Of a stretch of 36,916 nucleotides of DNA, positions 1-9,142 are shown piece by piece. The DNA lies in the NCBI GenBank assembly GCA_964580505.1, contig CAZOKT010000001.1, positions 1-36,916 on the forward strand, in the 5' to 3' direction. The translations under genes were made by a program, and so were the position numbers. The stretch is from an uncultured Parabacteroides sp. (GTDB lineage Bacteria > Bacteroidota > Bacteroidia > Bacteroidales > Tannerellaceae). The notes beneath the pieces were generated by a model, which was given only the letters and a program-made list of their open reading frames with translations, was not told where the DNA came from and did not search any database. Positions within the stretch are counted from its first letter, which is position 1; each line of letters opens with the position of its first letter.

Positions 1-3
1 ATC

Positions 4-44
4 GAAAGAGGGTGCCTCTTACGGTCGAGCGGACTACCCTCTTC
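4..44 (-). terminator. possible hairpin/terminator downstream of murF-alr
   Basis: aagagggt...accctctt inverted repeat about 70 bp past the alr stop; large loop, and any U-tract would fall at the window edge. Confidence 0.35.
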
Positions 45-112
45 AAATAAGAAGCCCCTCAGACATCATTGTGACCAAAATATCTTATGCAAGGTAATCT
101 GATACCTATATC

Positions 113-2584
113 TTATTCCGTATAATATATCTTTTTAACGCGGGGAGACACTGAAGTCAGTACTTCGTAGGGAATCGTTTTCAGTCGGTCGGAAAGTTCT
201 GTAACGGGAAGTTCTTCGCCAAAGACGATAACGGTATCACCTTCTTGTGCATCGCAATCTGTTACATCAATCATACAAGCATCCATACAGATATTCCCGA
301 TAATCGGACAACGCTTCCCGTGGATAACCACTTCTCCATGCCCATTGCTGAAGTGGCGATCCAAGCCATCTGCATAGCCGATAGGAATAATGGCTATGCG
401 TGAATCGCGTTCTACATAGCTCCGGCGACTATATCCGATAGAATCGCCTGCTGGGACATGCTGGATTTGCAAGATAGTTGTCTTCAACGTACTTACGGTG
501 CGTAACCCATTGATGCCTGATGCGCTTACGCCATAAAGTCCGATGCCTAAACGCACCATATCCATTTGATATTCGGGAAAACGTTCGATGCCTGCCGTAT
601 TTAGGATATGTTTGATGATGTGATGCTCTAATCCGGCCTCCAATGATGCAGCGGCTTGTCGGAATTTACGGATTTGTTCATGCGTGAAATCATCATGTAT
701 ATATGAATCGCTTCCTGCCAAGTGGGAGAATACAGACCGGACATGTACGCCGTTCTGCTTTTTTAATCGTTCGCATAAAGTAGGCATATCATGGGGTTGA
801 AAACCTAAACGATGCATTCCTGTGTCAATCTTGATGTGTATCGGGTAGGAGATAATGCCACGTCTCTCCGTTTCTCGAATCATAACATCCAACAAACGAA
901 AGCTATATATTTCCGGTTCCAGATTATAATTAAATAATGTATTAAGGCTACTGAACTCAGGATTCATGACCATGATAGGAATGGTTACACCCTCTTTGCG
1001 CAAAGAAACACCTTCATCGGCAACAGCTACGGCCAAGTAATCGCAATGATGCTCTTGCAAAGTCTTTACCAATTCGTGTGCTCCGCTACCATAACCGGAA
1101 GCCTTCACCATACACACCATTTTGGTTTCCGGTTTCAACATAGAGCGATAAAGGTTGAAGTTATGGATAATAGCGGAAAGATTGACTTCGAGTATAGTCT
1201 CGTGTACTTTTTTTTCTAATAGTTCGGATATTTGTTCGAAGTGATAATGCCGAGATCCTTTTAATAAAATCAGCTCATTCCGGAATGTCCGAATAGAAGG
1301 AGAAGAAATGAATTCCTCTGTGTTGGAATAGAACTCCTTTTCTAAATCCTTGCTAAAGACAGAAGAATACTCTTTCACTTCTTTACCGATGCCAATTAGC
1401 CGACTCACATTCCTGCGTTCAATCAAATCTGCTACTTTCTTATAGAGTAACTTAGGCAAGATGCCTGTCTGAAGAATGTCGGAAAGAATTAGTGTGGATT
1501 TTAGTTTTTTAGCTACATTGCGACTTTGCTGGAAGTCAAGTGCAATAGCTAATGAATTGATATCTGAATTATACGTATCATTGATTAAAATACAATCATT
1601 AATACCTTCTTTCACATCCAAACGCATTTCTACAGGCTCTAAATGGGCGAACTTCTCTACATCATTAACGGTAGTCGGTTTCAAATAGAGCATTATTGCT
1701 AAGCAATGAATAACGTTTTTGATGGAGGCATCATCGGTAAATGGTATGGTGTAGACGCGGTCGAACCCTAAAAGTGTACAACGGATTATCGAGTCATTCT
1801 GCCGTTTCTCGATGGAATCGATATAGAGCGGTGCCTCTGTATTTGTCCGACTCCAAGCGATCGCTTTATGAGAAAGGCACGCTGCTTCGATGGCATTTGC
1901 TATGAATAAATCATCTCCCTCGTAAATAATCGCATCGCTTTCGCTAAACAGTTGCAATTTTTCTTGACACTTCTGATACATAGAGATGAAGTTCTCCTGA
2001 TGTGCTTCGCCGATAGAGGTTAATACACCGATAGTTGGTGCGATAATAGGTTGCAGATATTCCATCTCGTCCGGTTGGGAAATGCCGGCTTCAAAAATAC
2101 CTAAAGTATTCTTTTCATTCATTTCCCAAACAGATAATGGTACGCCGATTTGTGAATTATAACTACGCGGTGAGCGTACGATATTGAAGTCGTTATGTAA
2201 TAGTTGATACAAGAACTCCTTAACTACGGTTTTCCCGTTACTTCCTGTAATACCGATTATCGGAATATGAAATTGTTTGCGGTGATAGGTTGCCAACTTC
2301 TGTAAAGAACGTAGTACATTTTTGACTAATAGAAAGTTCGCATCCGGCATAGTCGTAAACTCGGGTAACATTTGACTTACGACAAAATTCCGGACACGTA
2401 GCTTGTATAATTCAGAAATATACCGATGTCCATCGTTAGTCTTGGTAGTTAAAGCGAAAAACAATGTCTGTTCCGGAAAAGAAAGACGTCGGCTGTCTGT
2501 CAATAATATACTAATAAATCCTTTGTGTAACGTACATATTTTAGCTCCGATAATTTGGGCTATGTCTTCTATCGCGTATTCCAT
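113..2584 (-). CDS. alr: bifunctional MurF-like ligase / alanine racemase
   Basis: N-terminal Mur ligase motifs (GITGSNGKT P-loop, INDTYNS, LLKGSR); C-terminal Alr motifs (VKASGYGSG PLP lysine, HIKIDTGMHRLG, IGYADG, IGNICMD); this fusion is typical of Bacteroidetes. Confidence 0.95.
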   Translation of the reverse strand: MEYAIEDIAQIIGAKICTLHKGFISILLTDSRRLSFPEQTLFFALTTKTNDGHRYISELYKLRVRNFVVSQMLPEFTTMPDANFLLVKNVLRSLQKLATYHRKQFHIPIIGITGSNGKTVVKEFLYQLLHNDFNIVRSPRSYNSQIGVPLSVWEMNEKNTLGIFEAGISQPDEMEYLQPIIAPTIGVLTSIGEAHQENFISMYQKCQEKLQLFSESDAIIYEGDDLFIANAIEAACLSHKAIAWSRTNTEAPLYIDSIEKRQNDSIIRCTLLGFDRVYTIPFTDDASIKNVIHCLAIMLYLKPTTVNDVEKFAHLEPVEMRLDVKEGINDCILINDTYNSDINSLAIALDFQQSRNVAKKLKSTLILSDILQTGILPKLLYKKVADLIERRNVSRLIGIGKEVKEYSSVFSKDLEKEFYSNTEEFISSPSIRTFRNELILLKGSRHYHFEQISELLEKKVHETILEVNLSAIIHNFNLYRSMLKPETKMVCMVKASGYGSGAHELVKTLQEHHCDYLAVAVADEGVSLRKEGVTIPIMVMNPEFSSLNTLFNYNLEPEIYSFRLLDVMIRETERRGIISYPIHIKIDTGMHRLGFQPHDMPTLCERLKKQNGVHVRSVFSHLAGSDSYIHDDFTHEQIRKFRQAAASLEAGLEHHIIKHILNTAGIERFPEYQMDMVRLGIGLYGVSASGINGLRTVSTLKTTILQIQHVPAGDSIGYSRRSYVERDSRIAIIPIGYADGLDRHFSNGHGEVVIHGKRCPIIGNICMDACMIDVTDCDAQEGDTVIVFGEELPVTELSDRLKTIPYEVLTSVSPRVKKIYYTE

Positions 2585-2593
2585 TTCTTATTC

Positions 2594-3577
2594 TTACTTC
2601 AATTTAGACTTTAAAACCGTTCGCTCTTTTGAAAAATCAAAGTAAGGCATTTTCTGGTTAAGTCGGTCAATCTTTAACAAAGTTTGGGCAATAAATTGAC
2701 AATATGCCTCACTTTCCGGATTGAAAGGACGATGTGCCAATGCTTTTTGAATTTCTTCGCAAGTTGTTAGTAACTTTTGTGCATCAGAAGATAAGGCAAC
2801 ATCAACAAATTTTCTCCAGACATATTCAATTGTTTGTGCCGAAGGATGCAGCATATCCTCGGCATAAAAACGATAGTCGCGCAATTCATCCATCAAGATT
2901 TCATAGGAAGGGAAATAAGCCGTCTGCTCAGGATAGAGACGATTCAGTTCGTCGATGGCCAAAAGTAATGTCGCTTTACTTAATTGATTCTCATGTGCTC
3001 CGTCTTTCCAATGGCGGATAGGACTCACGGTGAACAGTACTTTTGCCGGAATTGTTTTCCAGAGTTGCTCCAAAAGTGCAGACCAACGTTCTATGATTTG
3101 CGTTACGGATAACCGTTCTCTGATGAAAAGCCGCTCCGGAAGTTTGTGGCAATTTGCGACTACCTTGCCGTTTTCTTTCAATCGATAAACCCATGACGTA
3201 CCGAAAGTGATTAATAGTCGTTTACTTTGAAGTAGAAAAGTAGCGGATTGTTCCATACGGTTATTGATATTCGCCAGACAAGCTTCTTCTGAAAGTGCTG
3301 AAAAACGGCTATGATGCTGAAAACTGTGATAAAGACCCTCTGATAGAAATAAATCATTTGCAGTAAACGGATATGGGGATAGAAGACGCTCAAGTGCGTT
3401 GGCAATAGACTCCGGGTTATATAAAATGCCAAAAGGATTCAAATCTGTCCGGAACTTTGCTTCGTCCAATTTCTTTCCAATGCTTTCGGCAAAGCAAGAG
3501 CCTAACGACAATATAGGTGTTTCATAATCGAAATGGAATGCCAACCTCGGAAAGGTGATATGTGTGTAGAAGTTCAT
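2594..3577 (-). CDS. GSCFA domain protein (SGNH-hydrolase-like)
   Basis: LGSCFAESI, NPFGILYNP, FTVSPIRH, YFPSYE, DMLHP motifs; 9 bp upstream of alr. Confidence 0.9.
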   Translation of the reverse strand: MNFYTHITFPRLAFHFDYETPILSLGSCFAESIGKKLDEAKFRTDLNPFGILYNPESIANALERLLSPYPFTANDLFLSEGLYHSFQHHSRFSALSEEACLANINNRMEQSATFLLQSKRLLITFGTSWVYRLKENGKVVANCHKLPERLFIRERLSVTQIIERWSALLEQLWKTIPAKVLFTVSPIRHWKDGAHENQLSKATLLLAIDELNRLYPEQTAYFPSYEILMDELRDYRFYAEDMLHPSAQTIEYVWRKFVDVALSSDAQKLLTTCEEIQKALAHRPFNPESEAYCQFIAQTLLKIDRLNQKMPYFDFSKERTVLKSKLK

Positions 3578-3627
3578 TGCTCAATATTTTTTCATGTAAA
3601 GATACAAAGAAATAGATAGAACAGCAT

Positions 3628-3659
3628 AAAATCATAGTAAATCATGGTAAATCGTTGTT
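3628..3659. repeat. three 10-bp-period direct repeats (aaATCATAGT / aaATCATGGT / aaATCGTTGT)
   Basis: read directly from the sequence in the divergent GSCFA/rprX intergenic region. Confidence 0.6.
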
Positions 3660-4128
3660 CATTAATTGCCATTTCGTGAAAACTTTATCCTTTTGTAAAG
3701 AAATAAGAGTTAGGTTTATGAAGCTGATGTTGCACCATCGAAATTAGCGTATACGATAGTTTCATTCACGTTAAGAACGCACCTGTTGGTAGGGTATTAG
3801 AAATTTATAGCGTTGTAGGCATTAAAGTCAAAGAAATCAAAATTAAAGAGAGTGAAATATTATTCGAATAGGGGAGACTGTCCGGAAAATCGTTATTCGT
3901 TAGTCTGTTGTGATAATTTGAAATTTGAGCGGTGTGTGAACAAAATACGTATGAATGTTGTTATCTTAAAAAAATAAATTTTGCCGAAAAAAGCGGGCTA
4001 TGACGGACAAAATGAAAAGCTGCCAAGTATTATTAACAAATAAATCGTGTTGTTTTTACATTTTTTGTGCGTTTTTCTGCACGAAACACGCGTTATTTGT
4101 CGTTTAGTAATATGGGAGAAAAAAGAAG

Positions 4129-5634
4129 ATGAAAAGATCGACTATTTGGTTGCTTGCAATGGTTATGGCATTTGCTTTTGCTGGTCTTCTCTATTTGCAG
4201 ATTAATTACGTAAATATCATTTTGAAGACGCGGAGCGAACAGTTTGATGAAACTGTAAAGCAGTGCCTGCATCAAGTTTCCAAGACTTTGGAATTGGATG
4301 AAACACGGCAATATTTGGAGAACGACATTAATCGTGACCAAAATAGTTTTTTGTATCAAAATGTGATTATTACAGACTCGAATGGCGGTGTGCAACAAAT
4401 AGAAATGCAGAGTTTCAATAGTCAGAAATTTCAGCCTCGTTCGACATTGAGTAATAGACAAACGAACTCAATCGCCAATACATCCCGCGATTTGCAAAAG
4501 ACGTTAAGACAACGTTATCAATATCAAGGCGGTTTGATTGACGAAGTTATATACAATATATTATATACAGCAAACTTGAAGCCGATTCAAGAGAGAATCA
4601 ATTTCAAGAATTTAAATACATATTTGAAAAATGCGTTTATAAATAGCGGGTTAAACCTTCCGTTTGTATTTTCTGTCATAAATAAAGACGGAAATGAGGT
4701 TTATCGTAGTGGCGAAATAAAAGGCAGACCGTTGGCGTCGAATATTATCACACAGGTATTATTCCCTAACGACCCGCCTTCTAAGCAAAACTATTTAAAG
4801 GTATATTTTCCAACTAAAGGAGATTATATTTCTGACTCGATTACGTTTATCGTACCCTCAGTAGCGTTCTCTCTGATTTTGTTGGTAACGTTTATTTTTA
4901 CGATTTATATCGTATTCCGTCAGAAGCGTCTGTCGGAAATGAAGAATGACTTTATTAATAACATGACCCATGAGTTGAAAACTCCGGTATCAACTATCTC
5001 ACTGGCAGCACAGATGCTAAAAGATTCGGACATAACGAAAAGTCCAGATGTCTTCAAACATATTTCGGGTGTAATCAATGATGAAACGAGGCGTTTGGGT
5101 TTTTTGGTAGAAAAGGTGTTGCAAATGTCTCTGTTTGAGCGTCAGAAAGCCACATTAAAACTGAAGGAATTGGATGCAAATGATTTGGTTATTTCTGTAG
5201 CAAATACGTTTGTATTAAAAGTAGAGAAGTATGGCGGAACATTGGATATTGATTTGAGTGCATTGAGTTCGACTATTTATGTAGATGAAATGCATATCAC
5301 GAATGTCTTATTCAATTTGTTGGACAATGCCGTGAAATACCGCCGGATGGATGTTCCTTTGTCGTTGATGGTGCGCACTTGGAATGAGGGCGGAAAACTG
5401 TTGATTTCTGTAGAAGATAACGGCATCGGTATAAAGAAGGAATATTTAAAGAAAGTGTTCGACCGTTTCTTCCGTGTACCAACCGGAAATAAACATGATG
5501 TAAAGGGTTTTGGTCTGGGACTTGCTTATGTGCGTAAGATAATTGAAGACCACAAAGGTTCAATCCGTGCAGAACAGAACTCCAATAATATAGGAACGAA
5601 ATTTATTATTACTTTACCACTTATAAAAAGTTAG
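4129..5634 (+). CDS. rprX: sensor histidine kinase (RprX-like)
   Basis: two TM segments, H-box NNMTHELKTP, N-box NLLDNAVKY, G boxes DNGIGI and GFGLGL; directly upstream of an OmpR-type regulator. Confidence 0.88.
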   Translation: MKRSTIWLLAMVMAFAFAGLLYLQINYVNIILKTRSEQFDETVKQCLHQVSKTLELDETRQYLENDINRDQNSFLYQNVIITDSNGGVQQIEMQSFNSQKFQPRSTLSNRQTNSIANTSRDLQKTLRQRYQYQGGLIDEVIYNILYTANLKPIQERINFKNLNTYLKNAFINSGLNLPFVFSVINKDGNEVYRSGEIKGRPLASNIITQVLFPNDPPSKQNYLKVYFPTKGDYISDSITFIVPSVAFSLILLVTFIFTIYIVFRQKRLSEMKNDFINNMTHELKTPVSTISLAAQMLKDSDITKSPDVFKHISGVINDETRRLGFLVEKVLQMSLFERQKATLKLKELDANDLVISVANTFVLKVEKYGGTLDIDLSALSSTIYVDEMHITNVLFNLLDNAVKYRRMDVPLSLMVRTWNEGGKLLISVEDNGIGIKKEYLKKVFDRFFRVPTGNKHDVKGFGLGLAYVRKIIEDHKGSIRAEQNSNNIGTKFIITLPLIKS

Positions 5635-5637
5635 TTT

Positions 5638-6369
5638 ATGGAAGAAAAAATGAAAATCTTCTTTTGCGAAGACGATGAGAATTTAGGAATGCTTTTAAGA
5701 GAATACTTACAAGCAAAAGGTTATATTACCGATTTATTTCCAGATGGTGAAGCGGGGTATAAAGGTTTTACAAGGACAAAGTATGACCTCTGTGTATTGG
5801 ATGTGATGATGCCGAAGAAAGATGGTTTCACCTTGGCGCAAGAAATACGTTCAATTAATCCGGATATTCCTATTATCTTCCTCACGGCTAAAACCATGAA
5901 AGAAGATATTTTAGAAGGATTCAAGATTGGTGCAGATGATTATCTGACTAAACCGTTCAGTATGGAAGAGCTGTTGCTTCGTATCGAAGCTATTTTGCGC
6001 CGTGTGAAGGGTAAGAAGATGAAAGATATTCCTTTCTATAAATTGGGTAATTTCTTATTCGATACGCAGAAACAGACACTAACTATTGGTGAAAAGGTAA
6101 CTAAACTTACCACTAAAGAATGCGAGCTGTTGAGTCTGCTTTGTGCTCATGCAAATGAAATCCTCGAGCGTAATTATGCGTTGAAGACAATCTGGGTGGA
6201 TGATAATTACTTTAATGCAAGAAGTATGGATGTTTACATCACAAAGCTTCGTAAGTTGCTGAAAGATGATCCGGGCATCGAGATTATCAATATTCATGGT
6301 AAGGGGTATAAATTGATTACTCCGTCTGGTGAAGAACAGAACCGTGAAGAAGGAATTCAAGTTTTATAG
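5638..6369 (+). CDS. rprY: OmpR-family response regulator (RprY-like)
   Basis: receiver motifs EDD, LDVMMP, FLTAK, GADDYLTKPF; winged helix RSMDVYITKLRK, HGKGY. Confidence 0.9.
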   Translation: MEEKMKIFFCEDDENLGMLLREYLQAKGYITDLFPDGEAGYKGFTRTKYDLCVLDVMMPKKDGFTLAQEIRSINPDIPIIFLTAKTMKEDILEGFKIGADDYLTKPFSMEELLLRIEAILRRVKGKKMKDIPFYKLGNFLFDTQKQTLTIGEKVTKLTTKECELLSLLCAHANEILERNYALKTIWVDDNYFNARSMDVYITKLRKLLKDDPGIEIINIHGKGYKLITPSGEEQNREEGIQVL

Positions 6370-6393
6370 TTTATATTGTTGTTACACATCGGG

Positions 6394-6432
6394 GAGTTAG
6401 AAGCGCCAACGCTTCTAACTCTTTTTTCTTTT
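6394..6432 (+). terminator. intrinsic terminator of rprXY
   Basis: perfect 12-bp stem gagttagaagcg/cgcttctaactc, 4-nt loop, followed by a T run. Confidence 0.9.
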
Positions 6433-6473
6433 ATAAAAAATGACATTGCAGAATCAACAACAAAAAAGTTTGT

Positions 6474-6481
6474 TATCTTTG
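6474..6481 (+). promoter_or_regulatory. Bacteroidetes sigma-A -7 element (TATCTTTG)
   Basis: matches TAnnTTTG, 31 bp before the ATG at 6513. Confidence 0.65.
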
Positions 6482-6512
6482 CATGGAATGCTAATCAATA
6501 TAATCTGAATAT

Positions 6513-7466
6513 ATGACAAACAGAAGAAATTTCTTGAAGAATGCGGCATTATTAACGGCCGGAACTTTTTTCGCAGGAAAGAGTTCATTTGTGAACGCTG
6601 CAAAGACATCTCCTTCTTTGCATAAAACGGTAGAAACAGGTAAGAAAGTAGGTCTGCAAATTTATTCTTTGCAAAGGGAGTTGTATTCGGATACTCCGAA
6701 ACGTATGCAGGAATTGAAAAACATGGGATATACAGACCTTGAACTAGCCGGTTACAGTAAAGACGGAACTATTGGTAAGGTTGAAATGATGGAATTCAAG
6801 AAGATGGCTGAAGATGCGGGCTTAAAAATTACCAGTTCGCATGTAAATCCGCCTATGAGCGATTTTACACAAGAAAACAAAGCTACTATCTTGGAATTCT
6901 GGAAGAAGGCCGCAGAAGACCATGCTAAATTGGGTTGTGAATTGTTAATTCAGCCAATGATGCCTAAATGCGAATCGTATGATGATGCAGCCATGATTTG
7001 TGAGATATTCAATGAAAGCGGAGCGATTATCAAAGCTGCCGGTCTCCCCTTTGGATATCATAATCACAATATGGAATTCCAGCGTGTGCTGACGGAAGAG
7101 GAAAAGAAGAAGACATATAATTTCTGGGAACGTCCGGGAACGCAAATTTATGATTTGTTCCTGAAAGATACAGACCCGGATTTGGTATTCTTTGAAATGG
7201 ATGTATATTGGACAGTTATGGGGCAAAACGACCCGGTGGAATATATGCAGAATCATAAAGACCGGATTAAAGCATTGCATATTAAAGACCGTTCGTTGTT
7301 AGGAAAGAGCGGAATGATGAATTTCGAAGCGATTTTCAATCAGATGTATGAGGATAATATTAAGTATTACTTTGTAGAATTGGAACCGATGCGTACGGGT
7401 ATGACGCAGATGGAAGGCGTAAAACAATGCGTTGATTATTTGCTGAAAGCTCCTTTTGTTAAATAA
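6513..7466 (+). CDS. Tat-exported sugar-phosphate isomerase/epimerase-family TIM-barrel protein (AP endonuclease 2 fold)
   Basis: twin-arginine signal NRRNFLK; GLQIYS, YHNHNMEF, FEMDVYW, HIKD, VELE metal-site motifs. Confidence 0.85.
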   Translation: MTNRRNFLKNAALLTAGTFFAGKSSFVNAAKTSPSLHKTVETGKKVGLQIYSLQRELYSDTPKRMQELKNMGYTDLELAGYSKDGTIGKVEMMEFKKMAEDAGLKITSSHVNPPMSDFTQENKATILEFWKKAAEDHAKLGCELLIQPMMPKCESYDDAAMICEIFNESGAIIKAAGLPFGYHNHNMEFQRVLTEEEKKKTYNFWERPGTQIYDLFLKDTDPDLVFFEMDVYWTVMGQNDPVEYMQNHKDRIKALHIKDRSLLGKSGMMNFEAIFNQMYEDNIKYYFVELEPMRTGMTQMEGVKQCVDYLLKAPFVK

Positions 7467-7483
7467 AAATACTTTTAATAAGG

Positions 7484-7526
7484 AAAGCACTGAGACACGG
7501 ACGATTGTGTTTCGGTGTTTTTTGTT
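7484..7526 (+). terminator. intrinsic terminator after the TIM-barrel gene
   Basis: gcactgagacac/gtgtttcggtgt stem with G-U pairs, then a T run. Confidence 0.75.
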
Positions 7527-7564
7527 ATGAATAGAAATAGGAGAGGAGGAGTGCTTGTCGTATG

Positions 7565-7608
7565 AAAAGAGAAAAGGGCTAAATACGATTTGTATTTAAC
7601 CCCTTTCC
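7565..7608 (-). terminator. terminator downstream of tRNA-Pro
   Basis: minus strand gaaaggggttaaatac-aaatc-gtatttagcccttttc then tcttttc. Confidence 0.7.
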
Positions 7609-7610
7609 GG

Positions 7611-7684
7611 TCGGGATGAGAAGACTCGAACTTCCGACCTCCACGTCCCGAACGTGGCGCGCTAGCCAACTGTGCTACATCCCG
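7611..7684 (-). tRNA. tRNA-Pro (anticodon CGG)
   Basis: reverse complement CGGGATG TAGCACAGTTGGCTAGCGCG CCACG-TTCGGGA-CGTGG AGGTC GGAAG-TTCGAGT-CTTCT CATCCCG A folds as a cloverleaf; CCA not encoded (followed by CCG). Confidence 0.96.
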
Positions 7685-7731
7685 ATTCTTGTCTTTGTAA
7701 TTTTCAGGTTACCCCTTTTCGATTACGGGTG

Positions 7732-7739
7732 CAAAAGTA
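7732..7739 (-). promoter_or_regulatory. -7 element (TACTTTTG) for tRNA-Pro
   Basis: TAnnTTTG match on the minus strand about 48 bp upstream of the tRNA. Confidence 0.65.
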
Positions 7740-7786
7740 CGATATATTTTTTATTTAGCAAGGTTTTCCTCTGTTTTTTTCGAGGA

Positions 7787-8407
7787 TTATTCACTTTTTC
7801 TGTCTTCATTTTTGGGTAATAGACCTAAGTATTCGAACATTTGTTGGTAAACTGCTGCTTTTTCGATGAGGGGCTTCGGGTAGGCACGGGAAGAGGAGGG
7901 CATTCTGAATAGCTTCAATTCCCGATTTGCATAAATGAAAGAGGTGTATCCGCCTACTTTCGGTTCCTTTATGGAGGTTTGTTGCGCAATGACCTTCAGC
8001 AGCGTGTCCATCGCTTTTTGACCGGTTACAACGATCGCCTCGCAAAGCGGAATAGCGTGGAGTACGGTTTCCAAATCAATGGGTTTGATGATTTCAAGAA
8101 AATGGTCGGAAGCATTTCCTTTCTGGCGGATAACTTCCATGCCGGTGTCGCCTATGCCTAATCCGATTGTACGGCAGAAGTGTTTGCATTTCTCGGCACT
8201 GAACTTGTGTGGCGTCTCAAGGAAATAATCTTTTTCGTTGAAAAAGAGCAATCCGAGAATCCGCCACATGTCGTTCTGTATATTGGGGTAATAAAATTCC
8301 ATCGACCAGCGTTGGCGCGGCGGAGGAAAGCTACCCAACATGAGTAGATGCGTATTTTCCGGCAAGAAAAAGCCTAAAGGATGTGGTTCGGCAATGGGAT
8401 TTTGCAT
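7787..8407 (-). CDS. uracil-DNA glycosylase superfamily protein (MUG/family-6 HDG-like)
   Basis: motif 1 LMLGSFPP...FYYPN..NDMW, TGQKA, motif 2 MPSSS. Confidence 0.85.
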   Translation of the reverse strand: MQNPIAEPHPLGFFLPENTHLLMLGSFPPPRQRWSMEFYYPNIQNDMWRILGLLFFNEKDYFLETPHKFSAEKCKHFCRTIGLGIGDTGMEVIRQKGNASDHFLEIIKPIDLETVLHAIPLCEAIVVTGQKAMDTLLKVIAQQTSIKEPKVGGYTSFIYANRELKLFRMPSSSRAYPKPLIEKAAVYQQMFEYLGLLPKNEDRKSE

Positions 8408-8434
8408 GATGCTTATCCAGCTTCTGCGTTGCCG

Positions 8435-9079
8435 TCAGGCTTTCTTGCGGTTTTTGATTTCGCGTTTCTGGTCTTCGCGAGCCATCAGAACCACGTTGTA
8501 AACGAAATCGGTTATCCATTGCTCGGAATAGCCTAAATGTTCGGCATATTTGCGTACGCTCCATGCGGCTTTCTGTACGCTGACCTCTTTCCATTCCGAA
8601 CGTGTCAGCAACTCGTGTACAGTCTTTTGCGTTTGTCCGTACAATAGTTTTTTGAAGAGGATGGCGAAACGGAACTTCCATTGCATAAGGTTGCCCAGCA
8701 GAGAGAACAGGTCGTTGCAGAAGCCTTGAAACATGAAGAAGTAAGACTTGATATCTATCTGCGTTTTGCAGCATTTCCGCACGGAAGCATCTATCTCTTT
8801 GAAGAAATACTCGCCTAATCCGTAGTCTTGCATCAGGATTTTGCGCACGCGCGATTTCTCGGCAACCCCTAATTTGTTGTTCTGGGTCGGTACTTTCAGC
8901 ATGCTCTTGAAAATCTTCATATCCGCCAGCATATTCAGGTTGGTTATGCCCAGATTGACCGCCATTACGGCTTGATAGTAGACGCGGACTAAAGAGATAA
9001 ACTCTTCAACGGAACCTTTTACCTGCTCTTTGGCAGTTCCAGTTGTATTTTTCTTAAATAACTTGGATATAAAACTCAT
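8435..9079 (-). CDS. hypothetical protein (basic, predicted helical)
   Basis: 214-aa ORF with its own -7 promoter element and a plausible composition; no motif recognised. Confidence 0.8.
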   Translation of the reverse strand: MSFISKLFKKNTTGTAKEQVKGSVEEFISLVRVYYQAVMAVNLGITNLNMLADMKIFKSMLKVPTQNNKLGVAEKSRVRKILMQDYGLGEYFFKEIDASVRKCCKTQIDIKSYFFMFQGFCNDLFSLLGNLMQWKFRFAILFKKLLYGQTQKTVHELLTRSEWKEVSVQKAAWSVRKYAEHLGYSEQWITDFVYNVVLMAREDQKREIKNRKKA

Positions 9080-9100
9080 TGCTTTTAAATTTTATTTTCG

Positions 9101-9108
9101 CAAAGGTA
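9101..9108 (-). promoter_or_regulatory. -7 element (TACCTTTG)
   Basis: TAnnTTTG match 21 bp before the ATG at 9079. Confidence 0.65.
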
Positions 9109-9142
9109 GCAATAAATTTTAATACATATAGGCTAATTCCCT

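Noticed and set aside
113-2584. MurF-Alr fusion as a novelty
   Set aside because: This is a well-known arrangement in Bacteroidetes.
7475-7819. short ORFs 7475-7669 and 7616-7819
   Set aside because: They overlap tRNA-Pro and its terminator; spurious translations.
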